Below are positions 43,907-54,183 of a stretch of DNA of 64,000 bases, piece by piece (the stretch's first letter is position 1; each line of letters starts with the position of its first letter). Below the pieces are notes generated by a model, which was given only the letters and a program-made list of their open reading frames with translations, did not search any database and was not told where the DNA came from. The DNA is from Escherichia coli (GTDB taxonomy: Bacteria > Pseudomonadota > Gammaproteobacteria > Enterobacterales > Enterobacteriaceae), in assembly GCF_048403405.1 (NCBI RefSeq), contig NZ_CP183129.1. One strand, given 5' to 3'. The translations under genes and the position numbers were made by a program.

Positions 43907-44602
43907 ATGTCAAACACGCCAATCGAGCTTAAAGGCAGTAGCTTCACTTTATCTGTGGTTCATCTGCATGAGGCAGAACCTAAGGTTATCCATCAGGCGC
44001 TGGAAGACAAAATCGCTCAGGCCCCCGCATTTTTAAAACATGCCCCCGTTGTACTCAACGTCAGTGCACTGGAAGACCCGGTAAACTGGTCAGCGATGCA
44101 TAAGGCGGTTTCGGCAACCGGTTTGCGGGTTATTGGCGTAAGTGGCTGCAAAGATGCGCAACTTAAAGCCGAAATTGAAAAAATGGGGCTGCCTATCCTG
44201 ACGGAAGGAAAGGAAAAAGCGCCGCGTCCAGCTCCCGCACCGCAGGCTCCAGCGCAAAATACAACGCCGGTCACAAAAACGCGTTTAATAGATACCCCGG
44301 TGCGTTCCGGTCAGCGTATTTATGCTCCACAATGTGATCTGATTGTTACAAGCCACGTTAGCGCTGGGGCCGAATTGATTGCCGATGGGAACATTCATGT
44401 CTATGGCATGATGCGCGGTCGTGCGCTGGCAGGGGCAAGTGGTGACCGGGAAACGCAAATATTTTGTACGAACCTGATGGCGGAATTGGTGTCCATCGCA
44501 GGTGAATACTGGCTGAGTGATCAAATCCCAGCAGAATTTTATGGCAAAGCGGCGCGACTGCAGTTAGTCGAAAACGCTTTGACCGTTCAACCGTTAAATT
44601 GA
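43907..44602 (+). CDS. minC: septum site-determining protein MinC
   Basis: 231-aa product [44 protein letters not shown]... Confidence 0.96.
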   Translation: MSNTPIELKGSSFTLSVVHLHEAEPKVIHQALEDKIAQAPAFLKHAPVVLNVSALEDPVNWSAMHKAVSATGLRVIGVSGCKDAQLKAEIEKMGLPILTEGKEKAPRPAPAPQAPAQNTTPVTKTRLIDTPVRSGQRIYAPQCDLIVTSHVSAGAELIADGNIHVYGMMRGRALAGASGDRETQIFCTNLMAELVSIAGEYWLSDQIPAEFYGKAARLQLVENALTVQPLN

Positions 44603-44625
44603 TCCCTTTTTAACAAGGAATTTCT

Positions 44626-45438
44626 ATGGCACGCATTATTGTTGTTACTTCGGGCAAAGGGGGTGTTGGTAAGACAACCTCCAGCGCGGCCATCGCCACT
44701 GGTTTGGCCCAGAAGGGAAAGAAAACTGTCGTGATAGATTTTGATATCGGCCTGCGTAATCTCGACCTGATTATGGGTTGTGAACGTCGGGTCGTTTACG
44801 ATTTCGTCAACGTCATTCAGGGCGATGCAACGCTAAATCAGGCGTTAATTAAAGATAAGCGTACTGAAAATCTCTATATTCTTCCGGCATCGCAAACTCG
44901 CGATAAAGATGCCCTCACCCGTGAAGGGGTCGCCAAAGTTCTTGATGATCTGAAAGCGATGGACTTTGAATTTATTGTTTGCGACTCCCCGGCAGGGATT
45001 GAGACCGGTGCGCTAATGGCACTCTATTTTGCAGACGAAGCCATTATTACCACCAACCCGGAAGTCTCCTCAGTACGCGACTCTGACCGTATTTTAGGCA
45101 TTCTGGCGTCGAAATCACGCCGCGCAGAAAATGGCGAAGAGCCTATTAAAGAGCACCTGCTGTTAACGCGCTATAACCCAGGCCGCGTAAGCAGAGGTGA
45201 CATGCTGAGCATGGAAGATGTGCTGGAGATCCTGCGCATCAAACTCGTCGGCGTGATCCCAGAGGATCAATCAGTATTGCGCGCCTCTAACCAGGGTGAA
45301 CCGGTCATTCTCGACATTAACGCCGATGCGGGTAAAGCCTACGCAGATACCGTAGAACGTCTGTTGGGAGAAGAACGTCCTTTCCGCTTCATTGAAGAAG
45401 AGAAGAAAGGCTTCCTCAAACGCTTGTTCGGAGGATAA
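44626..45438 (+). CDS. minD: septum site-determining ATPase MinD
   Basis: 270-aa product MARIIVVTSGKGGVGKTTSSAAIATGLA... (deviant Walker A). Confidence 0.97.
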   Translation: MARIIVVTSGKGGVGKTTSSAAIATGLAQKGKKTVVIDFDIGLRNLDLIMGCERRVVYDFVNVIQGDATLNQALIKDKRTENLYILPASQTRDKDALTREGVAKVLDDLKAMDFEFIVCDSPAGIETGALMALYFADEAIITTNPEVSSVRDSDRILGILASKSRRAENGEEPIKEHLLLTRYNPGRVSRGDMLSMEDVLEILRIKLVGVIPEDQSVLRASNQGEPVILDINADAGKAYADTVERLLGEERPFRFIEEEKKGFLKRLFGG

Positions 45439-45441
45439 GTT

Positions 45442-45708
45442 ATGGCATTACTCGATTTCTTTCTCTCGCGGAAGAAAAACACGGCCAACATTGCAAAAGA
45501 ACGGCTGCAGATTATTGTTGCTGAACGCCGTCGCAGCGATGCAGAACCGCATTATCTGCCGCAGTTGCGTAAAGATATTCTTGAGGTCATTTGTAAATAC
45601 GTACAAATTGATCCTGAGATGGTAACCGTACAGCTTGAGCAAAAAGATGGCGATATTTCTATTCTTGAGCTGAACGTGACCTTGCCGGAAGCAGAAGAGC
45701 TGAAATAG
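45442..45708 (+). CDS. minE: cell division topological specificity factor MinE
   Basis: 88-aa product [31 protein letters not shown]... Confidence 0.97.
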
Positions 45709-45735
45709 GCCCGCTGTAAAAGCGCATTTCTCTTC

Positions 45736-45765
45736 AAGGCAGAGTCATCTCTGCCTTGCGTTTTT
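45736..45765 (+). terminator. rho-independent terminator after minCDE
   Basis: aaggcagag-tcatc-tctgcctt hairpin followed by gcgttttt. Confidence 0.6.
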
Positions 45766-46039
45766 CATCCCCCTCATCCACGTTTGATAAGAGCGGCGAG
45801 TATTCTTGCTGATGCTACTCATTGCTTCCCCCCTTTACACCTTAATGCCGTTCCCCCCACACAGATCAAATTGTTTATACCTGGCTGAGTAAATAACCTT
45901 ATTGTTAGTATGGGTATACTGGGTGATGATAACCCCGCAATTTCATTATTCATTGTTCTCCCATAGGATGAGGTTTCCCGCCGTAACTGGCGGGCTTTTT
46001 TTGCCGCAGAATTTTTCCTTTTAACACCCTGTAAACGAA

Positions 46040-46060
46040 AACTGCGCCGAAGCGCAGTTT
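46040..46060 (-). terminator. hairpin terminator downstream of the autotransporter gene
   Basis: actgcgccgaagcgcagt stem-loop with T-run on the minus strand. Confidence 0.5.
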
Positions 46061-46072
46061 AATCGTTGATGG

Positions 46073-49000
46073 TCAGAACGACCAGTTCGCACCAGCCACC
46101 GCGTTCCACGGGGATTCCACACCGGCACCATGGCTATACCCCACCCCGAGATGCCCGCTTAACGAACTGCTGAATGAGGCTTTAATACCTGCCTGATATA
46201 TTCCACGTCTGCCCGACAAATCATTGACAAAATTACCGTCATTATTCACTTTCACCCGGTTATCATCGACAAATTCTTTGCGCACAGCCGCCTTCAGCCA
46301 CGGCTCAACTTCCATGCCGTTCCCCAGACGCATGTTGTAACTCAGCGTTGCGCCCAGTTCACGATATATACTGCGGGTATCGACTGATTTCGATTCCATG
46401 CCATTGGATAAATGATATTCGGGGTTATCAGCGGTGAACCCCGTTAACGATGCATACGGCGTCAGGTTCCAGTTACCATCGGTAAATCGCATCCCGGTTT
46501 CAATGTGCCCCCCCAGCCCGTTGCTATGATAACTGCCGTTGGCGGCTCCACCGCTGCTCATTTTACCGGCTACGTTACTTTCAAAGCGGTTCAGCTTCAC
46601 GATACCGTCCAGATAGAAACCACTTTCATGTTCCCAGCTGGCATAGCCCCCCAGAGAATAACTGCCCACACTGCCATGTCCTCCACGATCAAAACCGATA
46701 TGTGAATGGGAATAACCCATAAAAGCGCCCAGCGTCGCAATCCCCTCAGGAATATCATTACGACTGTCGATCCCCACTGTCATTCCGGTCAGCGTCTGCT
46801 CAAACCCGGCACCCGCATCGGTGGTGACATTATTACGGGTGTTATACGTCGTCCCCCAGACATTATTGTTGTGTGGACTCGCTTTCATTATGTTCAACCG
46901 CTCGCGAATACTGTTTAGCTCAGCATCAAAGACCAACGGTAATGTTGCTGCCATATTGAGTACGGCAGCCGTAGAAGGCGTGATGCGTTTCTCCGGAACG
47001 GGTGTCGGCGTTGGCTCGGGAGTCGGGTCTGGATTTGGATTTGGATTTGGATTTGGATTTGGATTTGGGTTCGGATTTGGATTTGGATTTGGATTTGGGT
47101 TCGGATTTGGGTTCGGATTTGGGTTCGGGTTCGGGTTCGGATTTGGATTTGGGTTGACATTATTAGTCAGGTTCCAGTTGCTGTTGCCGTCGCTTTTCAG
47201 GACATACTCATAGGTCCCAAGATCAACGAAACCGCCGGTATTGCCCAGCGTAAACGACGCATCCCCTCCCCCTGTTTTCACCAGCGTCATCGCATCGTCA
47301 GACTGAGGGCTGACGCCGGTATCCTGAACAAAGATTTTAAAATTACCAGTGGCGTTGTTGTTGACGATCAGTTGATCGCCCCGGGAGCCTGCAACGTTGG
47401 TATGCAGGTAGAAATTACCGCTGCCGGAAAGTTCACTGGTGGTCAGCGTATTGTAGATATCGTTAGTTGTGGCAGGCGCTGATAAATAAACATCACCGTC
47501 GTTGAGTAGCAAACTGTTTACTCTATATTCGCAGTTGCTGGTGCCTGCACAGGAATTATTGCTGTTAAGCCAGACACTGCCCCGGCTGGCAGCCGTCAGG
47601 TCGGCAAGCGTCGTATCAACGCCATTGCCGATAGTGAATGTCGCGCTATCGGTAATCCGGATCGCCCCTTCGAGTTTAACTGGCGTAACATTATCCCGTG
47701 GCGTCATTAACGACAGGCTTCCTGTCGCGCCACTGACCGATGCATCCGCCAGCGTACCTGCGTAGACGATTGCCGTCCCACCAGAGACCTGTAGATCTTC
47801 TGCCCGGGCCAGAGCCTGAAACTCATCTTTTGACCGCCCAAGGGTATATTGCCCACCAGAGTTAACCTTTGTGGCGGAGTCCTGACCCAGGTTTTGCATT
47901 GCACCACCCTTGTCAACCGTGGAGTCACGGGCTTCGGTACCTGCTAATACCAATAAATTACCGCCATTTTCCAGCAACATATTGGTCGCTAAATTGCTGG
48001 CAATGGAAAAGGTGCCGTACTGGTGCGTACCGCTGATTTCAATACCGTTAGCCGTGCTCGTCTGGAGAGCGGCACCGCTGTTCTGGACGATATCTGTCGC
48101 TTTGCCATTATCGTTGACTGTCAGCGTTCCGCCTTCATTGATCGTTGTTTTTATTGCCTCTCCGTTAGCTGAAACTGTTTGTATTCCGCCGTCGTTAATT
48201 GTTGTCTCATTTGCCACACCCTCGATGATTTGTTCACCGCCAGTGAGCGTCGTGCCTGTCGCAGTGGCTTTTGTTTTGACGATCTCCCGACCGCCCGCAT
48301 TAACCTGTGTTTTGGCGGAAGTGGTGTCTGACTCCACGGTTAACACGCCGCCATTTGTCAGCAGGATATTGTTCGCCGCACCCTGCTCGATGCTGAACGC
48401 GACGCCATCAGCGCGTGTCCCTGTGACCCGCGTCGCCCTGGTGGTTGCAACCAACGCGCCCTGACTACTCTGCTGTATCCCCGTTGCGCTGCCTTTCTCC
48501 CGCACATCGAGTATGCCGCCATTGTTAAGTCTGGTGGTATATGCTACGGCCTCCTCGTGGACAATCAGCTTACCGCCAGCATCAACGATGGTATCTACCG
48601 CCGAGGTTTGAGCTACGACCGTCAGTTGGCCGGTATTTTCCAGCACAACATGCTCAGCCCTGCCTCCGGTAATAGTGAAGTGAGATGACCTCTGGTATCC
48701 ATCAATATCAGTCCCCGCGCCCGTATTGGCAACTAAAGCGCTCCCCGTGTCCAGGTAAACCCCATGTGCGATACCGCCGGTATCGACAATCAGCGTGCCT
48801 CCGGCGCGAATATTGCTGCCAGTTGCCGTACCTCCTTTCTCAACAACCTGCTTGCTCCCGGAAGAGATATTTGTTGTGTCAGCTTTCCCGCCGCTCTTGA
48901 TATTTTGCGTGCCACTGTTGATATTGGTTCCCGTAGCAATACCATGATTATAAATATTCTGTGTACCGCCATTAATTATGGTATTAGTCGCGTTCCCGGC

Positions 49001-49450
49001 AACATCCATGGCCCCGCCGTTATCTATTCGGGTCGCATCAGCTTTAGCATTCGTTAAAACTGACATTGTTCCTTTATCGTTAATTATCGTCCCTGTAGAA
49101 ATTCCTCCCTCACTAATTGTCTGGCTGCCACCGTTAATGACTGTATTATTAGCCTGCCCCTGATAAGAGCCATGACCAGATACCTCTTGATGTCCACCAG
49201 TATCAATAACACTTCCATTAGAAATCCCGCCATATACCTCCTGATTGCCGTGATTGATGATATGAGCATTATTTGTTGTACCTCGTTCATCTACTCTTTG
49301 GCTGCCGTCTACAGTCTCATCATTTACAACGCCAATAACATTAGAAGTGAAGGCCGTCATCCCAGGCGGGGCATATATCATGGCAGCTATCAATAAGGAA
49401 AGTACTGAGCGGTGAAAATAATAGCGACTGATTCTGTTCATAAATTTCAT
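46073..49450 (-). CDS. AIDA-I/pertactin-type autotransporter adhesin with (Asn-Pro)n linker
   Basis: Signal peptide, Gly/Thr-rich repetitive passenger, (NP)n tract, C-terminal beta-barrel ending ...GANWSF; start taken at internal Met (ORF track extends to 49570). Confidence 0.85.
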   Translation of the reverse strand: MKFMNRISRYYFHRSVLSLLIAAMIYAPPGMTAFTSNVIGVVNDETVDGSQRVDERGTTNNAHIINHGNQEVYGGISNGSVIDTGGHQEVSGHGSYQGQANNTVINGGSQTISEGGISTGTIINDKGTMSVLTNAKADATRIDNGGAMDVAGNATNTIINGGTQNIYNHGIATGTNINSGTQNIKSGGKADTTNISSGSKQVVEKGGTATGSNIRAGGTLIVDTGGIAHGVYLDTGSALVANTGAGTDIDGYQRSSHFTITGGRAEHVVLENTGQLTVVAQTSAVDTIVDAGGKLIVHEEAVAYTTRLNNGGILDVREKGSATGIQQSSQGALVATTRATRVTGTRADGVAFSIEQGAANNILLTNGGVLTVESDTTSAKTQVNAGGREIVKTKATATGTTLTGGEQIIEGVANETTINDGGIQTVSANGEAIKTTINEGGTLTVNDNGKATDIVQNSGAALQTSTANGIEISGTHQYGTFSIASNLATNMLLENGGNLLVLAGTEARDSTVDKGGAMQNLGQDSATKVNSGGQYTLGRSKDEFQALARAEDLQVSGGTAIVYAGTLADASVSGATGSLSLMTPRDNVTPVKLEGAIRITDSATFTIGNGVDTTLADLTAASRGSVWLNSNNSCAGTSNCEYRVNSLLLNDGDVYLSAPATTNDIYNTLTTSELSGSGNFYLHTNVAGSRGDQLIVNNNATGNFKIFVQDTGVSPQSDDAMTLVKTGGGDASFTLGNTGGFVDLGTYEYVLKSDGNSNWNLTNNVNPNPNPNPNPNPNPNPNPNPNPNPNPNPNPNPNPNPNPNPNPDPTPEPTPTPVPEKRITPSTAAVLNMAATLPLVFDAELNSIRERLNIMKASPHNNNVWGTTYNTRNNVTTDAGAGFEQTLTGMTVGIDSRNDIPEGIATLGAFMGYSHSHIGFDRGGHGSVGSYSLGGYASWEHESGFYLDGIVKLNRFESNVAGKMSSGGAANGSYHSNGLGGHIETGMRFTDGNWNLTPYASLTGFTADNPEYHLSNGMESKSVDTRSIYRELGATLSYNMRLGNGMEVEPWLKAAVRKEFVDDNRVKVNNDGNFVNDLSGRRGIYQAGIKASFSSSLSGHLGVGYSHGAGVESPWNAVAGANWSF
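47031..47153. repeat. hexanucleotide tandem repeat (GGATTT/GGGTTC)n, ~20 units, encoding (Asn-Pro)n
   Basis: Directly visible run ggatttggatttggattt...gggttcggatttgggttc; in-frame inside the autotransporter. Confidence 0.9.
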
Positions 49451-50046
49451 CCTCTGAAAAATGAATACTGAGTAGCGTCTAAGTAACCTAAGCTCGGCTG
49501 CAACATCAGCCCGCAGGCACCAGACCAGGGGATTCATCCTGAAGAGACAGCGCAGGTGTATTGTGTTCACCGCTCACCAAAGACATCATGATGAAATGAT
49601 GATATCCCGCATAAGAAAGAGGCATTTTTTAAACGCAGTGCGCTGAAGTGTAGTTGGATAAAAAATCACTCTTTTCAGATAATACTGTCGTACGCTTATC
49701 TTTCGACAATGAGGCCGTCGGCAAAATAAAATGACTAATGTAATCGTTGCTGATGAATATCTTCTGCTCACATAAAAATCACACAATAATATTGATAAAT
49801 CAGATTATCTTACCTTTACAACATTGCGTTAACAGTCAATGACACTTCTTGAATAAAAATATTGTCAATCAATGAGTTATTTCTCATTTGAGATTATTCT
49901 CATTCCCGTAAAAAACATAATTCCTATCATCACCGTCACGCTCATTTTGAATTATCTGAATAATAGCGAGCGTTCTTTAGTTAAGCAGATCTTAATTGAA
50001 GACGAAATTATTGTGTGTGCAACTTACTTAATACCGGACATCTAAG

Positions 50047-50391
50047 TTGAAGAAAAAAATACTTGCCTTCGGGCTTATCTCAGCATTGTTCTGCTCCACG
50101 CCAGCGATGGCGGATATGAATCGCACCACGAAAGGTGCATTGCTAGGCGCAGGCGTTGGTTTACTTACTGGCAATGGTGTTAATGGCGTACTGAAAGGTG
50201 CAGCTGTTGGCGCTGGTGTTGGTGCAGTAACAGAAAAAGGCCGCGACGGTAAAAATGCGCGTAAAGGTGCAAAAGTGGGTGCCGCCGTTGGTGCTGTCAC
50301 TGGCGTTCTGACCGGCAATGGCCTCGAAGGGGCGATTAAAGGTGCCGTGATTGGCGGTACGGGTGGTGCAATTCTGGGTAAAATGAAATAA
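50047..50391 (+). CDS. ymgG: Gly-rich small protein YmgG
   Basis: 114-aa product with signal peptide and GxxGxG-rich repeats. Confidence 0.85.
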
Positions 50392-50400
50392 GGAATGATG

Positions 50401-50730
50401 ATGAAAAAATTTGCTTTACTGGCGGGTCTGTTTGTTTTCGCACCAATGACCTGGGCGCAGGACTACAATATTAAAAACGGTTTGCCGTCAGAAACCTATA
50501 TTACTTGCGCAGAAGCCAACGAAATGGCAAAAACTGACAGCGCACAGGTTGCAGAAATTGTTGCGGTAATGGGTAATGCCAGCGTTGCCAGCCGTGATTT
50601 AAAAATTGAGCAATCTCCGGAACTGAGCGCCAAAGTGGTAGAAAAACTGAATCAGGTTTGCGCTAAAGACCCGCAAATGCTGTTGATCACGGCAATTGAT
50701 GACACCATGCGTGCTATCGGCAAAAAATAA
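50401..50730 (+). CDS. ymgD: periplasmic protein YmgD
   Basis: 109-aa product MKKFALLAGLFVFAPMTWAQDYN... Confidence 0.85.
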   Translation: MKKFALLAGLFVFAPMTWAQDYNIKNGLPSETYITCAEANEMAKTDSAQVAEIVAVMGNASVASRDLKIEQSPELSAKVVEKLNQVCAKDPQMLLITAIDDTMRAIGKK

Positions 50731-50743
50731 TATTTAATATGTT

Positions 50744-50773
50744 ACCGCGTCGATGAATTCGACGCGGTATTTT
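50744..50773. terminator. hairpin terminator between convergent ymgD and ycgH
   Basis: accgcgtcg-atgaatt-cgacgcggt followed by atttta. Confidence 0.6.
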
Positions 50774-50785
50774 AGCTAACGGGGA

Positions 50786-53434
50786 TCAGAACTTATATTT
50801 CAGGCCCACCATCACTGCGGTGTCATTGTAGCCATTATCACCCAGCTGCACGCCCACATTACCCCAGACGCTGGCCGCCGGATTCAGATTGCCATTTACG
50901 CCAAGTTTAATTTCCCCCAGATTACGCGCCCCGTCTTGTTCAACTTTCACACCGTTCATTGAGACAGCAAAATCTTTACTGTTATGGATCCAGTTCATTT
51001 CAACAAAAGGTTCAAAGTCGTCACCGTGCGGACCGCTGTTTTTCTCCTGAGTACGAATAAAGGTACGGAAGCCGAGTCGGGTCTGGATGTTGTTATTTGC
51101 GTCATTCTCAATACGTGAGCCATTGGCTTCCGTGTGCGCATTATGATCGACGCCCATCCAGATAGCCTGTGCCTGTGGCTGGAAGATCCACGTATATTTC
51201 GCCGCTTCCAGACCAAAGGATTTATTCAGGGCAAAACCGTAACCCGCTTCCAGCGAGACGGTTGCACCTTTCGCGCTATAGGATTCATAGGCTAACTCAT
51301 CCCCTTTCACCGAGTTTTTAAACCAGCTATATTGCGCCCAGGCGTCAATGTATGCGCCTTTTTTACTGATGTCATCGGCAAACCAGGTGGCATACAGCCC
51401 TGCGCTATAGCCTCTGACACTCCCTTTCGAACGATAATCCGACACGCTGGAATGAGTTGAGTTGTAGTCGCGGGCATAACCAGCCATCACTCCCAAACGC
51501 CAACTGTCACTGTCGGTAAAACCACCGGTTAACAGATCCGCCCCTAACTGCGAGACGTAGCGATGCGAGGTCGTTCTCAACTGTCCGTTGCTGTCACGCC
51601 AGGCATTATGCCCGCCAATTTGACGTAGCCAAAGTCGGCTTGAACGCTCCTGTTCAGTTACAGGATCGATGTAGCGCGTTTCACCTGCACGATCGTTCAG
51701 ACGCATAACAAAAAGAGTGTTAGCGGCTGCCAGATTGGCGACGTAACTTCCAGCTTCGGGGCGCAGGACGGGGGTAGGCGCAACAGTAGGCGCTGAACTT
51801 CCTCCGGAGTTTGTTTCACCGCCGCTCGTTGCCTGGAAGTTAGTCAGATACCAGTTTTTATTGGTCGCTTCGGTATTACCTCGGGTTAATGAATATTCGT
51901 AGGCACCGGCGAAAATCCTCGAATCCTTAATAAATTCCCCATTTGATTCCCCCTCAACGCTGATAATCTCTATCCCATTTAACGTGTAAGCCCCGCTGCC
52001 CCCAGCATTGGTAACTTTTACTCGGGTTGTTCCGGAGGTATTTCCATTAATAACAACTTTATCAGTAGCTGAATTATCATCACCCAATTCAGTTCTGAGA
52101 TGCAATACGCCATTATTACCAACGTAATTTTCAGTTATTGTTAACCTTGTTGGTTCGAAATCCTTTCCATCTGCCCGGGAAATATAGACCGTACTATTGT
52201 CAACCGTGAGCTTGCTCACCGTTGAGTCAGTTTTAATATCCCAGGTACTATTATCTGAAAGCGACAGATAGGTATGAGTGCTATCATCTGTTGAAAGATT
52301 GGCTGAACCCGTTATTTTTGAATTAGATGCATCGATGGCCAAATGACCTTTAATATTATTAATAAAAACATCTGCAGCCGATGATACCTCACTATCCGTA
52401 ATGGTCACGTTACTCGTCTCATTTTTATTGTAGAGGATTTCATTTGCTGACCGTAGTGAGCTACCAGATAAAATATCTACCGTTGCTTCCTGACCATTTA
52501 TGGAAGACTCCAGCACAATTCCAGCCCCCTGATGCGCGACTGCAGATGTATTTTTCAGCGTCACCTTGCCGCCATTATAAATTTTAGCAATCGCGGCGTC
52601 AGGACCCGTTGTATGAATTTCTCCCTGGTTAAATGAAACAGTCCCCTGGCGAGCAGCGATGGCATGAGCATTGTCCCCATACGTGGTAATATCAACATCG
52701 GTTAATGTAACGCTGGCATTGGTATAATCAAGCTTGCTACCCGCCTTGACGACAGTGCCATTAGCGTAAGCGGCATAACTTTCTGTTCCGAGGGTTGTTA
52801 TCTCCCCTTTTGCCATATCCAGTTTTGCTTTGGCGTTATTTTCATTACTTCCTGTATCGGCAGTACTTTCTTCATCAAGAGAAGATACACACGCACGCGC
52901 GCTTCCGGGAGATGCACAAGCAAGAACGCCGACTGCGTGATTACCCGCAGTAACAATAAAAGTATTACCTTCGTCAGATAAATGGGGGTTAACCGAACCG
53001 TCAGTGTTGACTCTTATTATGGTATCAGTATTCAGGTTTCCATTCGTTTGACTTAGCAAACCAATTGAGTAATCCCCCGTTGTGACAATCGTATTATTAC
53101 CCTGCAAAATAACTGCACCGCCATATTCACTTACGACTGCGCTAGCTGTATATACTGTGCTTAGAGGATTATTGCCAGAAGGATATAAACCACCCGTTGT
53201 TACAATGACGCCTTTGTTAATGGTTAAATTGCTACCCTCTCCTGCAACAGATACCCCGTAACTTCCATTACCCGTTGTTATAACTAGCGCATTATCAATA
53301 TCTTTTACTTCTCCATCTTTTATTGCCACAGCATGTTTATATTCATCGTACTGAATAAACTGTTCAGCATATGCATTACCCACCGCCAGAGCAATAAGTC
53401 CTAAACTAAACCCGGGGAGTTTTTTCAGTTTCAT
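50786..53434 (-). CDS. ycgH: autotransporter adhesin YcgH, apparently full-length here
   Basis: 882-aa ORF with signal peptide MKLKKLPGFSLGLIALAVGNAYA, repetitive passenger and barrel ending ...VGLKYKF; positioned between ymgD and ymgF. Confidence 0.8.
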   Translation of the reverse strand: MKLKKLPGFSLGLIALAVGNAYAEQFIQYDEYKHAVAIKDGEVKDIDNALVITTGNGSYGVSVAGEGSNLTINKGVIVTTGGLYPSGNNPLSTVYTASAVVSEYGGAVILQGNNTIVTTGDYSIGLLSQTNGNLNTDTIIRVNTDGSVNPHLSDEGNTFIVTAGNHAVGVLACASPGSARACVSSLDEESTADTGSNENNAKAKLDMAKGEITTLGTESYAAYANGTVVKAGSKLDYTNASVTLTDVDITTYGDNAHAIAARQGTVSFNQGEIHTTGPDAAIAKIYNGGKVTLKNTSAVAHQGAGIVLESSINGQEATVDILSGSSLRSANEILYNKNETSNVTITDSEVSSAADVFINNIKGHLAIDASNSKITGSANLSTDDSTHTYLSLSDNSTWDIKTDSTVSKLTVDNSTVYISRADGKDFEPTRLTITENYVGNNGVLHLRTELGDDNSATDKVVINGNTSGTTRVKVTNAGGSGAYTLNGIEIISVEGESNGEFIKDSRIFAGAYEYSLTRGNTEATNKNWYLTNFQATSGGETNSGGSSAPTVAPTPVLRPEAGSYVANLAAANTLFVMRLNDRAGETRYIDPVTEQERSSRLWLRQIGGHNAWRDSNGQLRTTSHRYVSQLGADLLTGGFTDSDSWRLGVMAGYARDYNSTHSSVSDYRSKGSVRGYSAGLYATWFADDISKKGAYIDAWAQYSWFKNSVKGDELAYESYSAKGATVSLEAGYGFALNKSFGLEAAKYTWIFQPQAQAIWMGVDHNAHTEANGSRIENDANNNIQTRLGFRTFIRTQEKNSGPHGDDFEPFVEMNWIHNSKDFAVSMNGVKVEQDGARNLGEIKLGVNGNLNPAASVWGNVGVQLGDNGYNDTAVMVGLKYKF

Positions 53435-53833
53435 AGATTAACCATCCATTCATTGGATTAACAAACATTCCTGGTCAAATAACCTATGAGTTCAGATTAC
53501 CAAAACGGAGGGTAAAGACAAAAACAAAAGCACAAGAAATTTAAATAGATAAACAGCGACAATACATAAATGATAAATAAGTCAGCATTATCATTTTTCA
53601 CCTTATTTTCATGACATTGATCACTTTGGAGTGACGATTTTGTTTAACAAATAACTCTTCGACATCAAAATTATTAATAGTTGCCATGGGAATTATTTCG
53701 ATGATATATAAAAACAACTGTGATAACACCAGGGTTGGCAACTATTTGCGCAATAATACCTTTCCTTCAATGATCCAGGCGTTCACTGCCAGCAACCCAT
53801 TCAGCCGCATACTGACAGTGAGAAACTGAAAGA

Positions 53834-54052
53834 TTAGTGCTGATCCCTGTGGCTGACGAGTCTTTCCCTTAATCGATTAACCAGATTGATCGCCAGCCAA
53901 ACAAGGGCATTAAGCAAATTTATCGTCACAAGCACTTCTCCCAGCCCGGTACTGGGTTTTGCAATAAGGATGACCAGGAGAGTGATCAGCATAAATGCAA
54001 TGGAAAAGATGATATAGAGAGTGAAATAATCCAGATTATTACTATTGTTCAT
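53834..54052 (-). CDS. ymgF: small inner-membrane division-associated protein YmgF
   Basis: 72-aa product MNNSNNLDYFTLYIIFSIAFMLITLLVIL... Confidence 0.8.
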   Translation of the reverse strand: MNNSNNLDYFTLYIIFSIAFMLITLLVILIAKPSTGLGEVLVTINLLNALVWLAINLVNRLRERLVSHRDQH

Positions 54053-54183
54053 GCTACTAATGGCAATCCTGTCAAAACTTTCAAACAATTATAGCAAACA
54101 AAATAATGAACAATAGTAACAAGAGGCAACGAGCTAATTAGCTGTCTATAATTACACCGCACTATGGCCTTACTGATCGATTT

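Noticed and set aside
46821-47213. GFGFGF- and QIRTQI-type ORFs on the other frames of the hexanucleotide tract
   Set aside because: Frame artefacts of the (GGATTT)n repeat inside the autotransporter gene
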